From Schmidtea polychroa (taxonomy: Eukaryota), in NCBI GenBank assembly GCA_044892525.1, contig CM097885.1, positions 236,222,001-236,286,000 of the forward strand: a stretch of 64,000 bases of DNA, read 5' to 3'. Below are positions 41,229 to 54,260 of the stretch, piece after piece. Both the position numbers and the translations under genes were made by a program. The first letter of the stretch is position 1. Each line of letters starts with the position of its first letter. The notes beneath the pieces are model-generated. The model was given only the letters and a program-made list of their open reading frames with translations, was not told the DNA's origin and did no database searches.

Positions 41229-42588
41229 GTTTCCTGGTACATAATTTTCAGTTGTTGAAAAATTATTTGAAATTTTCGTCCATGTAATAATACTGAAACG
41301 ATTGAAAGTAATGCATTTAAATTTGAATTCGCACCTTACAATCGACTTACTAATGTTAATATTCATAGTTGTTCAATGTTATTTAATTAGATTGTGTTAT
41401 AGCAGCATTTAATTAGTGTCAAATCTACCCAATATGTCATTCTTTTATACTGTTATCTGTTTGATAATCGTTTGATTGTTTAATAGAAATATATTTGTAA
41501 ATTTCCCGATGGAAAGATTTGCTTTCAAAAAACTTGTGAAGATTGCGTTTGTTTCTAAATATTTTCATTAAATCTAAGCATTATAAATACAAAAGAGTAT
41601 TTTTATAAATTTTAAGTCAAATCATTCTGGAAGAGAGATATTATAATCTTATTTGAAATGGAATTTTAGGGATTATCTAAAGCAGGGGTTAAAATGTGTG
41701 CAAAGTTACGGCACATTAACTTTAAAAAAATTTCATTTATATATTTTACTTTATATAATTTTTTAATACAGTTAAACAGTACAAATAAATACGATATTTT
41801 ATGATAAATGTAAGCACGTAAACTAATTAGATATTAATTTTATTAAATTACAATTATGTTTGCTTTGGTTAAATATCTCTTAATAAAATTGAGGAATAAT
41901 TAGCATAAATAATCTTACAGTTAAATTTTTTTAAGTTTTAAAAAGCTGCTACTACTAATGATGGTTCAGTAATATCTAGTAACTACATATGGACCGTAAT
42001 AAAATTTTTATTAGGAAACATGATACTCATAAAAATGCGGTAAATTATCTTAACAGTAAATAAATTACGGTTACTATGGAAATACAAGTGGTTTCGAACC
42101 AATATCTCCTTTTATCGTGAAAAACGTTCATATAATCGAGACAAAAAAATTCATTTTTTGATAAAGAGTTGGTCTTTGACTTAAATTTGTCTTCCTGACA
42201 TTTGAAATTCCTCAACCCTGAGATCATTATTATTGGTCGAATTTTAACCGTAACGATTTCAAAACTAAGCTTTAACCGCATTTATTAATGACACCAAATG
42301 AAATAATAATGGTAAAAATAAGAAAAAATGGCAAATCGCTGTCAAAATTTTAACTTTACTTTCAAGGAAGCCTAAATCTCAGGACGCTCAACTTGTTCTT
42401 GATTCACATGACTGACAGTCACTTTATCAGTGTGTGGATATAGTAATAAATTTGTGTATTATGTTTTCGAGTTTTCAATTTGAGTGAAGATTTTGTCAAA
42501 GATTTCCAGTGGTTTAATATTGACTGACACCATAGCATGAGGGATAACCCATAAGGGAGCAGATCTTTCAAAGTTCGCATCATTCTAT

Positions 42589-43657
42589 TGTTGGGCTGAG
42601 TTGAAGACATGACTAGGAAAATAAGACAGGCATAGTTATAAATAAATAAAAATAAACACAAAAATTAAAATAAGCAAGATTCAGGAAACAAAAGAAACTA
42701 TAAATTAAGAAATAAGAATTAAAACAAAGATTAAAAATAAGAAATTAAGATAAGGAAAAAATACAATAATGAATAAAATGACGCAAAATTCAGTAGTTAA
42801 TAAGAAAATTAAAGAAACAAATAAAAAATATAATAACGAAAAGGAAAAAATAAGAAAAACAACTAAAAACATCAAAATTAAATTAAATTAAAAAAATTAA
42901 GCGGTACTCAATTTTGATTGGTCCGCACATATAGAAAAATTTCTATATAAGGTCGGCAATGAAATCAGAATTTCAGTGTTTAAAATTATCTAATTCAGGT
43001 AAGCTAAATTTCCATCACCATTATTCAGTGTTTAAAATTATCGAATTCAGAACTTAGATAAGCGACCGATTTACGATCAATATTAAAGCTTCCAATATCC
43101 ACGACAATCAGATACGTTAAAATACTTCAGAGATTCACGGATAGAGACGTCGAGTAAATCACCAGACAGTTTTTAACTCAGCCCACGAATAATTTAGAAA
43201 CATCTTGGAGGATATTTAAGTAACCTTTTGATTTGATATGAATTTATTTGTAATTAACCAATTTGTAATTTATCTAAATAACTTTAATATAATTTGAGAA
43301 ACAATAAAAGGTTTTCTCTCTTTTCATTTGGATCATTGTAATGGTAAAGTTTTAATGAATTTTTAGGATTTAAACCTTTTTAATTATACTAGTAATTGGC
43401 AGTCTATTTTTATGATTTATATATAGATTTTATCTTTGAATTTGATGCTCAGCCGGTGGATAGGAAACATTTCAATCACGCAGCTGATTCGGGCCGGAAT
43501 ATGAGGGCTTCCTCATGGGTCCGTCGCTGAAGGTACACCTAAAATTTGGCAAGCAGTATTCGAGAAAGGTGGGTAGTAGGCAAAAGGTAAAAAGCAGAGA
43601 GCTAGCAGAAATTCACACGGTGATTGAGGATGTCACACAAATTATTACCTTCCGGCA
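42589..43657 (+). mobile_element. Solo LTR (TGTTGGGCT family)
   Basis: TGTTGGG...CCGGCA; 4-bp TSD CTAT (42585-42588, 43658-43661); ATTGG 42917, TATATAA 42944, AATAAA ~43303. Confidence 0.7.
43444..43536 (+). ncRNA. Second conserved structured motif (homolog at 55168-55263)
   Basis: GATGCTCAG..GGTGG...TTTCAATC.CGCAGCTG...GGGCCGGAAT-hairpin-GGGTCC...CGCTG shared; hairpin ATGAGG/CCTCAT vs GTGGGG/CCTCAC. Confidence 0.55.
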
Positions 43658-45061
43658 CTATCTTCACACAATTTAGACGGTTTTCGTCGAAAAAACCTGC
43701 TCAAATACGTAAATTCTATCTTCCGATTTTCATTATTACATGAGGTACACCATAATGCTACTTCAAAATTACTCTTAGCAGCTTTGTTAATCAACTTCAC
43801 GAATTCTATCTCACCCAAACAATGTGTTCCACTCCAACTCATTAATCGCGAATGTACTTATAATCAAAGCAATTTTTACCATAAATATGAAAATGCATTT
43901 CAAAAAGTAATTTGATTACAAAATGACACATTAATGCACAGTTTATTTCATCGAAACCACATAATCATATATTTACTGAAAATGTTAAGTATACAGTCAG
44001 GAAATCCTGTCTAACCATTTCTCAGTGAATTGTTCGAAATAGTACAATATTAACGAACATCCAAGTTTTTCACGAATTATTGTTAGAAAAGTCCATCCAT
44101 GTGAACTGCGACATCTCTTGTGAGTGAACACCATACAACGATAAAAATATAAATTGTTTAAATAGCTGACTATGAGAAAAAACATATGGCAATATCAAAT
44201 GGGTGAGAAGATAACAGCCAGCTTGTGGCAACCGAATTGAATGATCAAAATATGTCTATATCTACACGGTACATCTGATTATTCACACCATCGTTGATAG
44301 TTTTGATTACGAGCTACGGCACAATTTCTAAAATTAGTCGATTCACACAACATTAGGTCTCGTCCAACAGTAGTTATCACTCACGCACACCAGCCGATAA
44401 TACGCCGATTCCCACGTAGGCTAGTCAGTAAAATATAACCTGGTGCATGTCACAAACTACGTCGAGAGCGCTCATCAAGGAATTACGTCATAGTTTAATC
44501 AAATTTGCGACCCTCTTCTATCTCATCTAAACTAATAACGATCAGCGTACCTTAACGTTTTTCGGGTCGATAAGTAAATTTAGTAAACCTGATAGCGAAT
44601 GAGCTGTTTTTCTCTAATTAGTTCTAATATAGATAGTGGAGTGGAAAATTTCGGTGAACCAAGTTCCTCAGTTTCTGTTGATTTCTTGCTAAATGGGGGA
44701 TCTACTCATTTCACCTACGATTTAAATTAAATAAACGTGTAAACGCTGGTATAATTTTTACCAAAATCACAAAGGTCATTTCTCTTCAGTTCGAATATAT
44801 GTTAAAATTTATTTTCCTTTTGATAATTGTCGTAATCACGGGTGCGACATCGTGGGTCCCACGTTCAGTTTTTTAAGTGAAGTGGTAAAGTCGATCGTCT
44901 GGGGGGAATTTCTTTTGCCGACCCAACATAATTTTCCCCTCATGAAATGATTTAAGTGAATGGTACGAATCTCCAACGGACCATAAAGTTTTGTTGTAGA
45001 ATAACTGATTTTTCTGTAAAGATAATATCTCATGCTGATTATTATTTTTTTTTCTTTGTAG

Positions 45062-45821
45062 TCGTTGAAAATGATCCCAACTACTAAATCTGTTCTCAAA
45101 CCATGCTTTTCTTGCTCGGACAAAAACGCGATAGTTAAGGAGCTGCAATCCCAGATAGGTCGATATAAGCGAAAAATAGACGAGCTGGAAGGCACATGAT
45201 TCAGCCCAGTGCAGATGAAGGAGGTACAAAAGAAACTGTACCGTAGCGAGCACTGTCGCGATGCTCTAATCGCAGAAAGCCGATCTCAACGCAGCCTAAT
45301 AAAAGAGCAATCGGAATCTCTCCACAAAGTCTATCTACAGGTGGCTACCACCCGAAAAATCGTCCGCATCCCCATTCATGGAGCGGACAACATCTTTCCA
45401 GTTCACCACGACTCTTTCTTTTGATCAATCACCTCCAGCCAAGAAGCCTTGTCGCGAGTGTGTGGAAGCCGACCTTTCACCCAAGCCTACTGATGTGATC
45501 ATCACCGGAACCAACAAGGTGTTACCATCCATCGCGTCTACGTCTATGGCGCAACCGAGCACACCTGTTGCTTCAACACCCAAGCGACGGCAACTATCGA
45601 GAGCCGAGCGCAAGAAGAAACAACGAGAGCGGGTAGCCGCTAAGGAGAAGAAGCAAACGACGAATGATCCGGATAACGCCAACAGTACCGCTCCGGAAAT
45701 CGATTTGACGACAGGGACCCCAGGGCGCATCATCTCAGCCGCTGGTGTTACCTGGGAAGAAAATGCGTCGGAGTTTTTCGATCTGAAAGAGCTTTTAGCT
45801 GATACCGAATGGGAAAAGTGA
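45062..45821 (+). pseudogene. Coiled-coil EGxWFSP family protein with long basic/Pro-Ser-Thr tail, disrupted
   Basis: Follows polypyrimidine-TAG acceptor (45061); VKELQSQIGRYKRKIDELEGT*FSPVQMKEVQKKL (TGA at the conserved Trp); frameshift into ORF 45378-45821. Confidence 0.7.
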
Positions 45822-46082
45822 AAATCAGCTAATGAGTCATAGTTTTTGCTCGCGAACATTCGCAATGAACTATTGATCTTTAGATGTCGATGTATGTATA
45901 TTGCGTGTAAACCTGTTTTGTGTTTGTTGTATGGTTATCGTCAAAAAAATCATTTGTTCACGAGTAATTCCTTTGCGCGATGTTTTGACATGAATTCTCC
46001 ATAAATGTATGGTGAAGCTCTTGAGACTCGATGATGTACCAAACATTTGTATCCAGCTTAGACACAGTGAAAGGATTAGTTA

Positions 46083-46308
46083 GACGTAAGCCCAAATATC
46101 GGCAGTCGAGAAAAGGAAGTCGAGGCCTCAGAAAGGAGTAGTCCTAAGGCAGGGGCTCACCTGCTTTCTGGTGTCTCGCCGGCATAGTGCATTACCAACG
46201 TGAAGTAATTCACGGGTACTATGTTGGAGTATAGGTTGTGCAGGGTTCTACCCTGAGTTGACGAAAGAGTAAATGAGGTATGTGGAATGGGCAATCATCC
46301 CTTAGACG
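46083..46308 (+). ncRNA. Conserved structured RNA motif, copy A
   Basis: TATCGGCAGTC; CAGAAAG/CTTTCTG; CCGGCATAGTGC/GTACTATGTTGG enclosing ACCAA-CGTGAA gtaa TTCACG. Confidence 0.7.
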
Positions 46309-46382
46309 AGAAGGTAAAGTGGTTTAAGTCAACCGAGTAGTACCCCAGCACTATTATAGAATGAGGGGACCTAACTGAAGTC

Positions 46383-46602
46383 GAACACAGGCCTTCTATC
46401 GGTAGCCCGCTAACCTATTCGAATGCTCGATGATTATGGTGTACACAGGTATACTCACGTCTCACGAGTATTCTCCCATGCGGCACATTACCAACGCTGA
46501 TCACTCAAATGGTATCGGAAGGTTAAACAAGTCATTGTATCTTGAGGCGCGTCGGAAACGAAAAGATGAATGGGTAAAATGTGGATTACCTTAGACCCAC
46601 CG
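46383..46602 (+). ncRNA. Conserved structured RNA motif, copy B
   Basis: CCTTCTATCGGTAG; GAATGCTCG/CGAGTATTC; GTGTAC/GTATAC-TCAC; ACCAACGCTGA; ends GACCCACCG. Confidence 0.7.
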
Positions 46603-47337
46603 TTATTATGACTAGAATTCTAACCTTAACGATCTCTAAACAAAGCTTTAACTGATATCAAATGTTTAAAATAATATAAAATGATGGCTTCTCCGTAGCA
46701 GCATAAATTATATATTATATTAGACTAGTCGGGACAGTGTACCAGAAAAGATCCAAACTTAATGTTGGAGCATAAGAATAATAGAGACATTAAAAATATA
46801 TTCATATACAGATACAATATAATTTTGGAGATTTGAATTGCGGTCGTTGCAATTCGGAGTAAGAGCTTTGTTTAGTATTTTTTCCATTTCCACGACTGAG
46901 ATCGGCAATAGCACACAAGTTGAGATAATTAAATGTAAAATCTGTTCGTAGAGAAAATTTTCACGAATTAAACTCGATAATGGTTCATAACGATGGACTG
47001 GTCTTTCTTTTTCAAATCTGAAATGTGAAATCATATTTCCTTTTAGGAACACCTATGATTTTGAAATTTGTGAATAACAAATATTTTGTTGATATTGATG
47101 CTTTGAGGAAGCTGGAAGTTTCTAAAAAATTTTAATTAGAAATTTTTGGAATTTTAAAATTTTAAAAATATTTATTATTGAAAATTTATATTAAAAGAAA
47201 AATTGAAATTTGCTTGAATGACAAAAAAATGAGAAAATATGAAAAATTTTAGTGCATAATTTCATCAATAAAGTTTATGGAGTTATTTATTGATTCATAA
47301 AACAATTTTAATATTTTAACGAATGAAAATCATAATA

Positions 47338-47970
47338 CAGGGGTGTCAAACATGCGACACGCAGACACCTTTAAAACACTCTAAATCATGTCAATATAAT
47401 TATAATAATAAAAATATCAACGAACGCAGCCTCGGTAAATGCCCGACCACACGTAATTTTTTGTCTGCAGTCTTTCTTGTATACGATTCTCCTGCCCTTC
47501 AGTATTATAAAGATTGACTAACCTGAATAGTTCATGCAAAGTGTTAAATTTGTTGTCCACGCGTAATGTTTTGCATGACAAATAAAAGACTGCCGACAAA
47601 TCATTTGTCGTAGAAACGGACCTTAGTCTACATATATGATGGTCTGGCTTCAGCAAAAGAGGTACGACGATAATCCCCTCGCACCTATGGCAAAGTTGTC
47701 GTACTTGTCTAATTTAGTTGTTCTGGCCTAATGGTAAATATTAGTCATTTATGAATTAACTTGGTTCGAATTGTCAGATTTGTGTTTTTACTTATATTGT
47801 GTTTATTTTCTGAACTTATAACCATGTTTATAAAGCAAAGAAAAGTTAACGAAGTGTTGGGTTGTGGAGAAAAACTGGAGACTATCATACTTTTCGGTTG
47901 ACATTATTGGAAAGTCGATATGTTTAATTTGTAACAAACAGATTGGGGTTGCCAAAAATTATAATGTTAA
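47338..47970 (+). mobile_element. SPIN-type hAT left end with BED finger remnant
   Basis: CAGGGGTGTCAAAC terminus; WRLSYFSVDIIGKSICLICNKQIGVAKNYNVK. Confidence 0.7.
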
Positions 47971-48098
47971 AATGGTTAAAACAAAGTAGTATTATTTATG
48001 AAATAAATAAATCTAGTCTGATAGTTAGGAAAATCTTGGTTTCAATTAACCATAACCGTAGAGACGAAATTGATGAAGTAGGAACCTAAAGAAAAGTT

Positions 48099-48315
48099 GG
48101 ACACACGCCTTCTATCAGCAGTCCACGAACCCACATGAGTGCCTGACAATTATAGTATACGGTTGTATGCTCACATTTTGTTGGTACTCAAACCCTTGAT
48201 ACATCACCAACATTGATTACTCAGCGGGTATCAAGTGGTAACACACTATCGTATTCTGGGTTAAGCTGAATACAGCACAATAAGGTAAAATATATAACAA
48301 TCTACTACAGGAACA
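48099..48315 (+). ncRNA. Conserved structured RNA motif, copy C
   Basis: GGAC...CCTTCTATCAGCAGTCC; GAGTGCC/GGTACTC; GTATAC/GTATGC-TCAC; CTTGATAC/GTATCAAG enclosing ACCAA hairpin. Confidence 0.7.
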
Positions 48316-48327
48316 TTTACTTCGGAC

Positions 48328-48400
48328 CATAGGCGTCCGCAAGGGGGGGGGCACTTTTCCCCTGAATTTCCCAAATCATTCTATTTTTCGATTAATTTAA
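48328..48400 (+). mobile_element. Left end of the hAT family seen at 3746
   Basis: CATAGGCGTCCGCAAGGGGG...ATTTCCCAAA.CATTCTATTTTTC matches 3746-3815. Confidence 0.7.
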
Positions 48401-48666
48401 ACACATTTTAATAGATGCGCTCAAATAATGTTGGAAAAATCCAAGACAAAAAAATTAATAAAAAAATTTAATTTAAAGAGACTTCCTGTTATTTAATGTT
48501 ATTAATTATATCTGTAAATCAATGATTTCAAATCAACTTATTTCAAAATCATCTTATTTGTATAAATATTAACTGACGTTCTGGTTTTAAAAGTGTTCTA
48601 TTTTGTAAATTAATGAATAAAAAGTCTTATTTTGCATAGTTTCCCAAACATGCATTTATTTTCAAC

Positions 48667-48877
48667 TGGTGGGTTACTGGTGGTTGAAGATTTATTAGTT
48701 AGTGCTGTTGCCAGCGTAACCCAAAATACAACATTGTTTTTCCACTTGGTACCCGTCGAGTAATCAACGTTGGTCCTGTACCAAGGGTTGAGTACTCGCA
48801 AAAAGTGAGCGCATCGAGGCACTATAATTGTCGAGTACTCTATGGGTTCACGGACCACCGTTAGAAGGTTTGTGTCC
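48667..48877 (-). ncRNA. Conserved structured RNA motif, copy D
   Basis: GGAC...ACCTTCTAACGGTGGTCC; GAGTACTCG/CGAGTACTC; CTTGGTAC/GTACCAAG; ACCAA-CGTTGA ttac TCGACG; GCTG gcaa CAGC; GGGTTAC/GTAACCC. Confidence 0.75.
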
Positions 48878-49070
48878 GATTTCGTCAGGTCCCTCATCAT
48901 AATTGTTTTCCCAACCTTATGCACAAACTCTCATTTTCCAGGCAATCATAAACTATACTAGTCATTATTTTATCACTACAAAATGTGCATTATTTTAACA
49001 AGGAACATATTATTTGAAGACTACAACAATACAAAAATATGCTACAAAACACCTAAAACCGAATATAAGT

Positions 49071-49541
49071 TCAAACAGGCTTATTGGTAGGACTGGCCAA
49101 TTCCGTCGTGGTTGCTGGTGACAAATTTGCTTGCCGCTCGTATTCGGCCAGCCTAGCTTTCTTCAATTTTTCCCGAATATTTCGGCCAAGTCGTTTCCTT
49201 TTGGGCTTATTGTCAGCGGCTGGGGGATATATAGTTGCGAGGTCCACAGCCAGTGGCCGTATTTGTCTTGCTATGGCCCCTTGTACCATCTGCTCATTTT
49301 TCTCAGTTTCGAGCGCCCGCACCTGTAGCTTCAGGGCGCGGATCTCCATTTGGTCTTGGGCGGCCTGTGTTTGCATCTGGAGGATCTGAGCCATTCTCTT
49401 CTTCATTTCTTCGGGACTAAACCAGGTCCCCTCGAGCTTGCGACATTTTACTTTCAATTTGTCCACCCGGACCCGGAGTTCGTCGGCTTGGTGTTGGGCC
49501 TGCTCCCGATCCTTGCGTAGACTTTCCATTAATTTATACAC
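49071..49541 (-). CDS. Coiled-coil EGxWFSP family protein (intact exon, 156 aa), basic C-terminal patch
   Basis: Open frame directly after a TTTTAG acceptor; heptad pattern; KLEGTWFSPEEMKK; KPKRKRLGR; two homologs in this window. Confidence 0.75.
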   Translation of the reverse strand: MYKLMESLRKDREQAQHQADELRVRVDKLKVKCRKLEGTWFSPEEMKKRMAQILQMQTQAAQDQMEIRALKLQVRALETEKNEQMVQGAIARQIRPLAVDLATIYPPAADNKPKRKRLGRNIREKLKKARLAEYERQANLSPATTTELASPTNKPV

Positions 49542-49900
49542 TAAAATGTAAAGAATATTTATTTACTTTATGCAACAAAAAAAGATTGGAGTAACAAATG
49601 GTAGATTGATTAATCGGTGCTGGTATTTTGCCACTGAGATGCTGTTGTACTTGCTAACTCTACCGCGATTAAAAGGAAACGCTGCATACGATTATACCCT
49701 AGCCTATTTCAATTGTAAATTAAGACTCACTAAAGGAATAGAAGTTTATTATTCAACAACAAACGCCAATTCATTAATTAAGACATATTCAATGAATAAA
49801 AGCTTATTATTTAACAATAAACATTAGTCAAGTTCGATTATCAAGTACGCTACCCACAATAAATGAAAATTATTAGAGTAAGTCATATGTCAGCTTGCAA

Positions 49901-50266
49901 TCACGACTGGCGTTTGCGGGGTCTCCCTCTTTTCCGTGGGGAAGCCTCGGCCTCTTCTAGCTCTTTCACGGGCACTCCTTCTCTTTCTGCCCGGATTTGC
50001 AACTCGATCTTCTTGAGTCGCATCTGAGCGGCTTCCACATCCCAGGCCGCTTGATCTCGGGCCTCCTGCAACCGGTTATTCTCCGGCTCCGCCTTCACCC
50101 ACGCCGGGGCATCTACTTCGGGGCCCACCCGGATCACTCGATTGGTGCAATCCAGGTCCCGCCCCTGGCTCCACCGATGGATATGGTACCAAACGTACCG
50201 GGTCCGGGGCCGGGTGACCGTCTGCTGGTCAGTACCCTCGTCGTTGCCAACGCTGGACTGAGGCAT
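49901..50266 (-). CDS. Small AT-hook protein (121 aa)
   Basis: GC-rich ORF after a TTACAG acceptor; C-terminal PRKRGRPRK AT-hook core; short coiled coil. Confidence 0.7.
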   Translation of the reverse strand: MPQSSVGNDEGTDQQTVTRPRTRYVWYHIHRWSQGRDLDCTNRVIRVGPEVDAPAWVKAEPENNRLQEARDQAAWDVEAAQMRLKKIELQIRAEREGVPVKELEEAEASPRKRGRPRKRQS

Positions 50267-51769
50267 GCCTGTAATGTAAATGTTACAATTTTATACGGTC
50301 AAAGTAACTTATCGAACGGAGCGAAGATACCATGTACGAGGTTTTGAGATTTAATTTACATAGTAATTCATTTATCAGATTATTATAATTAGGGGAAATA
50401 AGTAACTTAAAATTTTGATTTAAATTTTATCAATACACCCTTTTACTTTACAACTCATGATTTATTAAAATTAACAAACATTCTCCAATCTTAATCTTCC
50501 TTGTTTTATCACAGCAATTATCATCAAGGTTAAATAATAATTTTTAAACTATGGTTTTTGTCAATATTGATATAGTAAGGTAAATAAATTCAAGTACGTG
50601 ATTTTTATCTTATAAGCTTTTTAATACTAATTTAAGTAATATTAGTTTCTGGTCGAATTTTCGAATTAATTACTATCGGTCAATAAACTATTATGGCCCC
50701 CAGATGAACAAGGATAGTTTGGCGATTCTAGTGAGGGAATCCAGAAATTCCCATGGTAAGTGAGACTTCTATAATTTAATACGGTACTAAGTTTTGCTTA
50801 TTCTGAGGGCAGTTCTACCCACCAATTTCTCCTTATTGGACAAGGCTCACTCCCTGAGCGATATAGGAAATGCAAGTGGCCTCCAAACGCCAGTATACAA
50901 AGCATTATGCAAAACATCGAACTAGGCGTGAAACGTGAAGGTCGAGTACAGGGAAAATTCCAAAGTTTCCAACTCTAGGAAATGCATCTCCTCAGGATGA
51001 TTCTGAAGTCGAGCTCTAAAACTTTGGTATAATTGCGACGCAGAGTGGACTTATGTAATTTTATTGATCCACAATCATATGTTTGGAATTTTGTGTTTTG
51101 GTTTTGATTTGCATATGAATTTTATCTTCCGGGTAAGTTGGTGAACTATGTTAAATTTAATGTGGATTTTCGCACTTGCCTTAATTTGAATATGAATTGA
51201 ATCCTTAATAAGTTATTTTACGTTTAATTTGGAATTTGGTATTTTACTTTGACTCGAATACGAGTTTAATCTTCCGGGTAAGTAAATCGAATTATTTTTA
51301 ATTGGGAATTTTGTATTTTGCTTTGATGTGTATATGAATTTAATCCTTCTGGTGAACTAATAAATTATTTTAGCGGGGTGCTTCAATTAATCATATTTAT
51401 TTTGTTATTCTAACGGCTGTGACCAAGACACCCCAAGGGTGATTTATATTTACTATTCTTTGAATCTCTATGCCCACACACATACACGTATTTATAGATT
51501 CCTGCCTATACACCCACGCAATATCTGCATATATACATGCGCGTACCTATATATAATTTAAACTAATACTCTGACGCCGTCTACCTGGGGGAGGGGGGGG
51601 GGGGTGTTGCTAAAAATAGATTTTAGTGACTTTCCGGGATTTTATTGGTAGATAAGGTTGGGTAGTTAAATTTAGCAATAGGGGAATTCCAAAGTCAATA
51701 ATTTGGCTTTAAATTTTATTTTCGGAAGAAATAAGGGAAATTATTTTAATGATATAAGATTACCAATGA

Positions 51770-52300
<531 letters not shown>

Positions 52301-54260
52301 TATAATTTTACATTTTATCATTCGAAGTTTGTATTTCCCATTTTAGAGAGTCCTGTTCTATGGTTTGGAAAGTTACTTTTTGTAATTTATAAATTTCCGC
52401 TTTTAACTTTCATATTTTCCCATTTACAAATTTATACTTTGTAATTTCTAATCATATATATTATAGTTCATATTTTAATAATTTACGACTTGATATTTTG
52501 TATTTTATATTTTATAATATGTAAGTTTATGTTTTATAATTTAGGGATTTAGATTTTATAATTTATAGTTATATTTTCGTAGTTTATAATTTTATATTTA
52601 ATAATTCACGATTTTAGGTTTTATACTTTCGGATTTTATATTTTATAATTTATAATTTCATACTTTATGATTTATGAATTTCTATTCAACTTTACACGAT
52701 TTTTTATAAGTCACTTTTGTGGGATCATCATAGTTTTCTAGAATGTTTTCAGGCTTATTGGTAGCTATTCATTAACTATATTCCTAGAGTTCCACATTTA
52801 TGTATAATTAGTTCAAAGAGAATTTCCTATACCCAAAACCTATAATTCTTAATCGGGATTTTCCATTAATGATTTATATCGATATAATTATCTCTAAGAC
52901 CTTACAATATAAAATGGGAACTAAGAATTTACAAGTAATTTAAAGTGGGAATTGGATTTAAAATCCCTACATTTACTTTGAATCAAGATATCTAGATTAC
53001 TTTATACCTTTACATGTGCCGAATAACTCTTTTACTTCCATTACTTTATCCACAATTCTATTACAAATACGAAATTTAGTTCGGCATATGTCTAGGTACA
53101 ATTGAAATTACCAATTGGATCAACTAGCTACATTAATGTGAGTGCAGATTTGTGTCATTTTAGGTACGAGTTCTACTCAATTTAGAACCTTAGTGTAGAG
53201 TCATTGTTCGTGATTTTGAATGTGGATTTTACATATGTATTAACTAAAAGTCGGGAAGAATATTGCTTCCATGGCCCCACTGTGACCACTTCCACAAACC
53301 TTAGTGTTGTGTGTTGAGTCAACCATTTACGGTCGACCTTACATAAATACAAAGAGTCAGACGGAGGGTTTCCTCGACCTAACTCCGTGGCAGGACCACG
53401 AAGTAGTTCGACCTCCGAAGGACCCGAACAAAAGAAATCGTATAGTATCGATCAATATAGTACGAATAATGCATGTTGGTAGGTTGCATAAAAATTTTAT
53501 TCGATATCCTCAAATGCAGGACGGAATAGCGACGCACAGTGACGCCGCTGATCAGTCATATTTTTCTAAATAACAACGAATTTAGTAAGAATAATTTAAT
53601 TATAGAATGGTATTCATTAAAATAGTTACATACATGGTTAACATAAAAACAATGCAATCAAAAAAAAAATACCTACTATCAGTTTCCTTCAAAATTTGGT
53701 CAACAAAAAATTTTGGCATAAATGACTAAATCATGCCCGAAACGTGTCGGTATATATACCTATTTTGTACACGTGTATGTATTGATACAGTAAAACAAAC
53801 TCGAATTCTTTTTATTCCAGAATTTTCTATTTAGCGATTTTGCTATTTTTAATGGCAATTTTTGTGCCATAATTTTTGTTTTTATTTTTATATTTTTATT
53901 TTTTAATTATTTTTCGTTAATTTGCCGTCCATGATGGATTTGGAACGGTTCCAGAACATTCTATTTTATTTTTAATACAATTTTCATTTTAACTGATGTT
54001 TTATGAATTTCTTTTTAAGATTTTTTTATATTCAATACTAATTTATTTATTTTCTCTAACTTTTATTGTTCTAAATGGCTTTTGTGATGGTCATCGCCAT
54101 TTTTATGGAATGTTCTGGGTTTTTCTGGAATTTTTTACTGTTTTTACTGTCTTTTAGGTTATTCGAGTCTGTTTTTGTTTATCTGTGTTTATTTGGTTAT
54201 TTTCGAGTTCTATTTTGCATAACCTCTTGCTTTTGGTATAATTTTATTTAATTTCTGTAT

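Noticed and set aside
51587..51615. G-run followed by TGTTG as PPT plus 3' LTR
   Set aside because: No matching LTR, clear end or TSD; lies inside the TSD-bounded - strand element, though a nested fragment is not excluded
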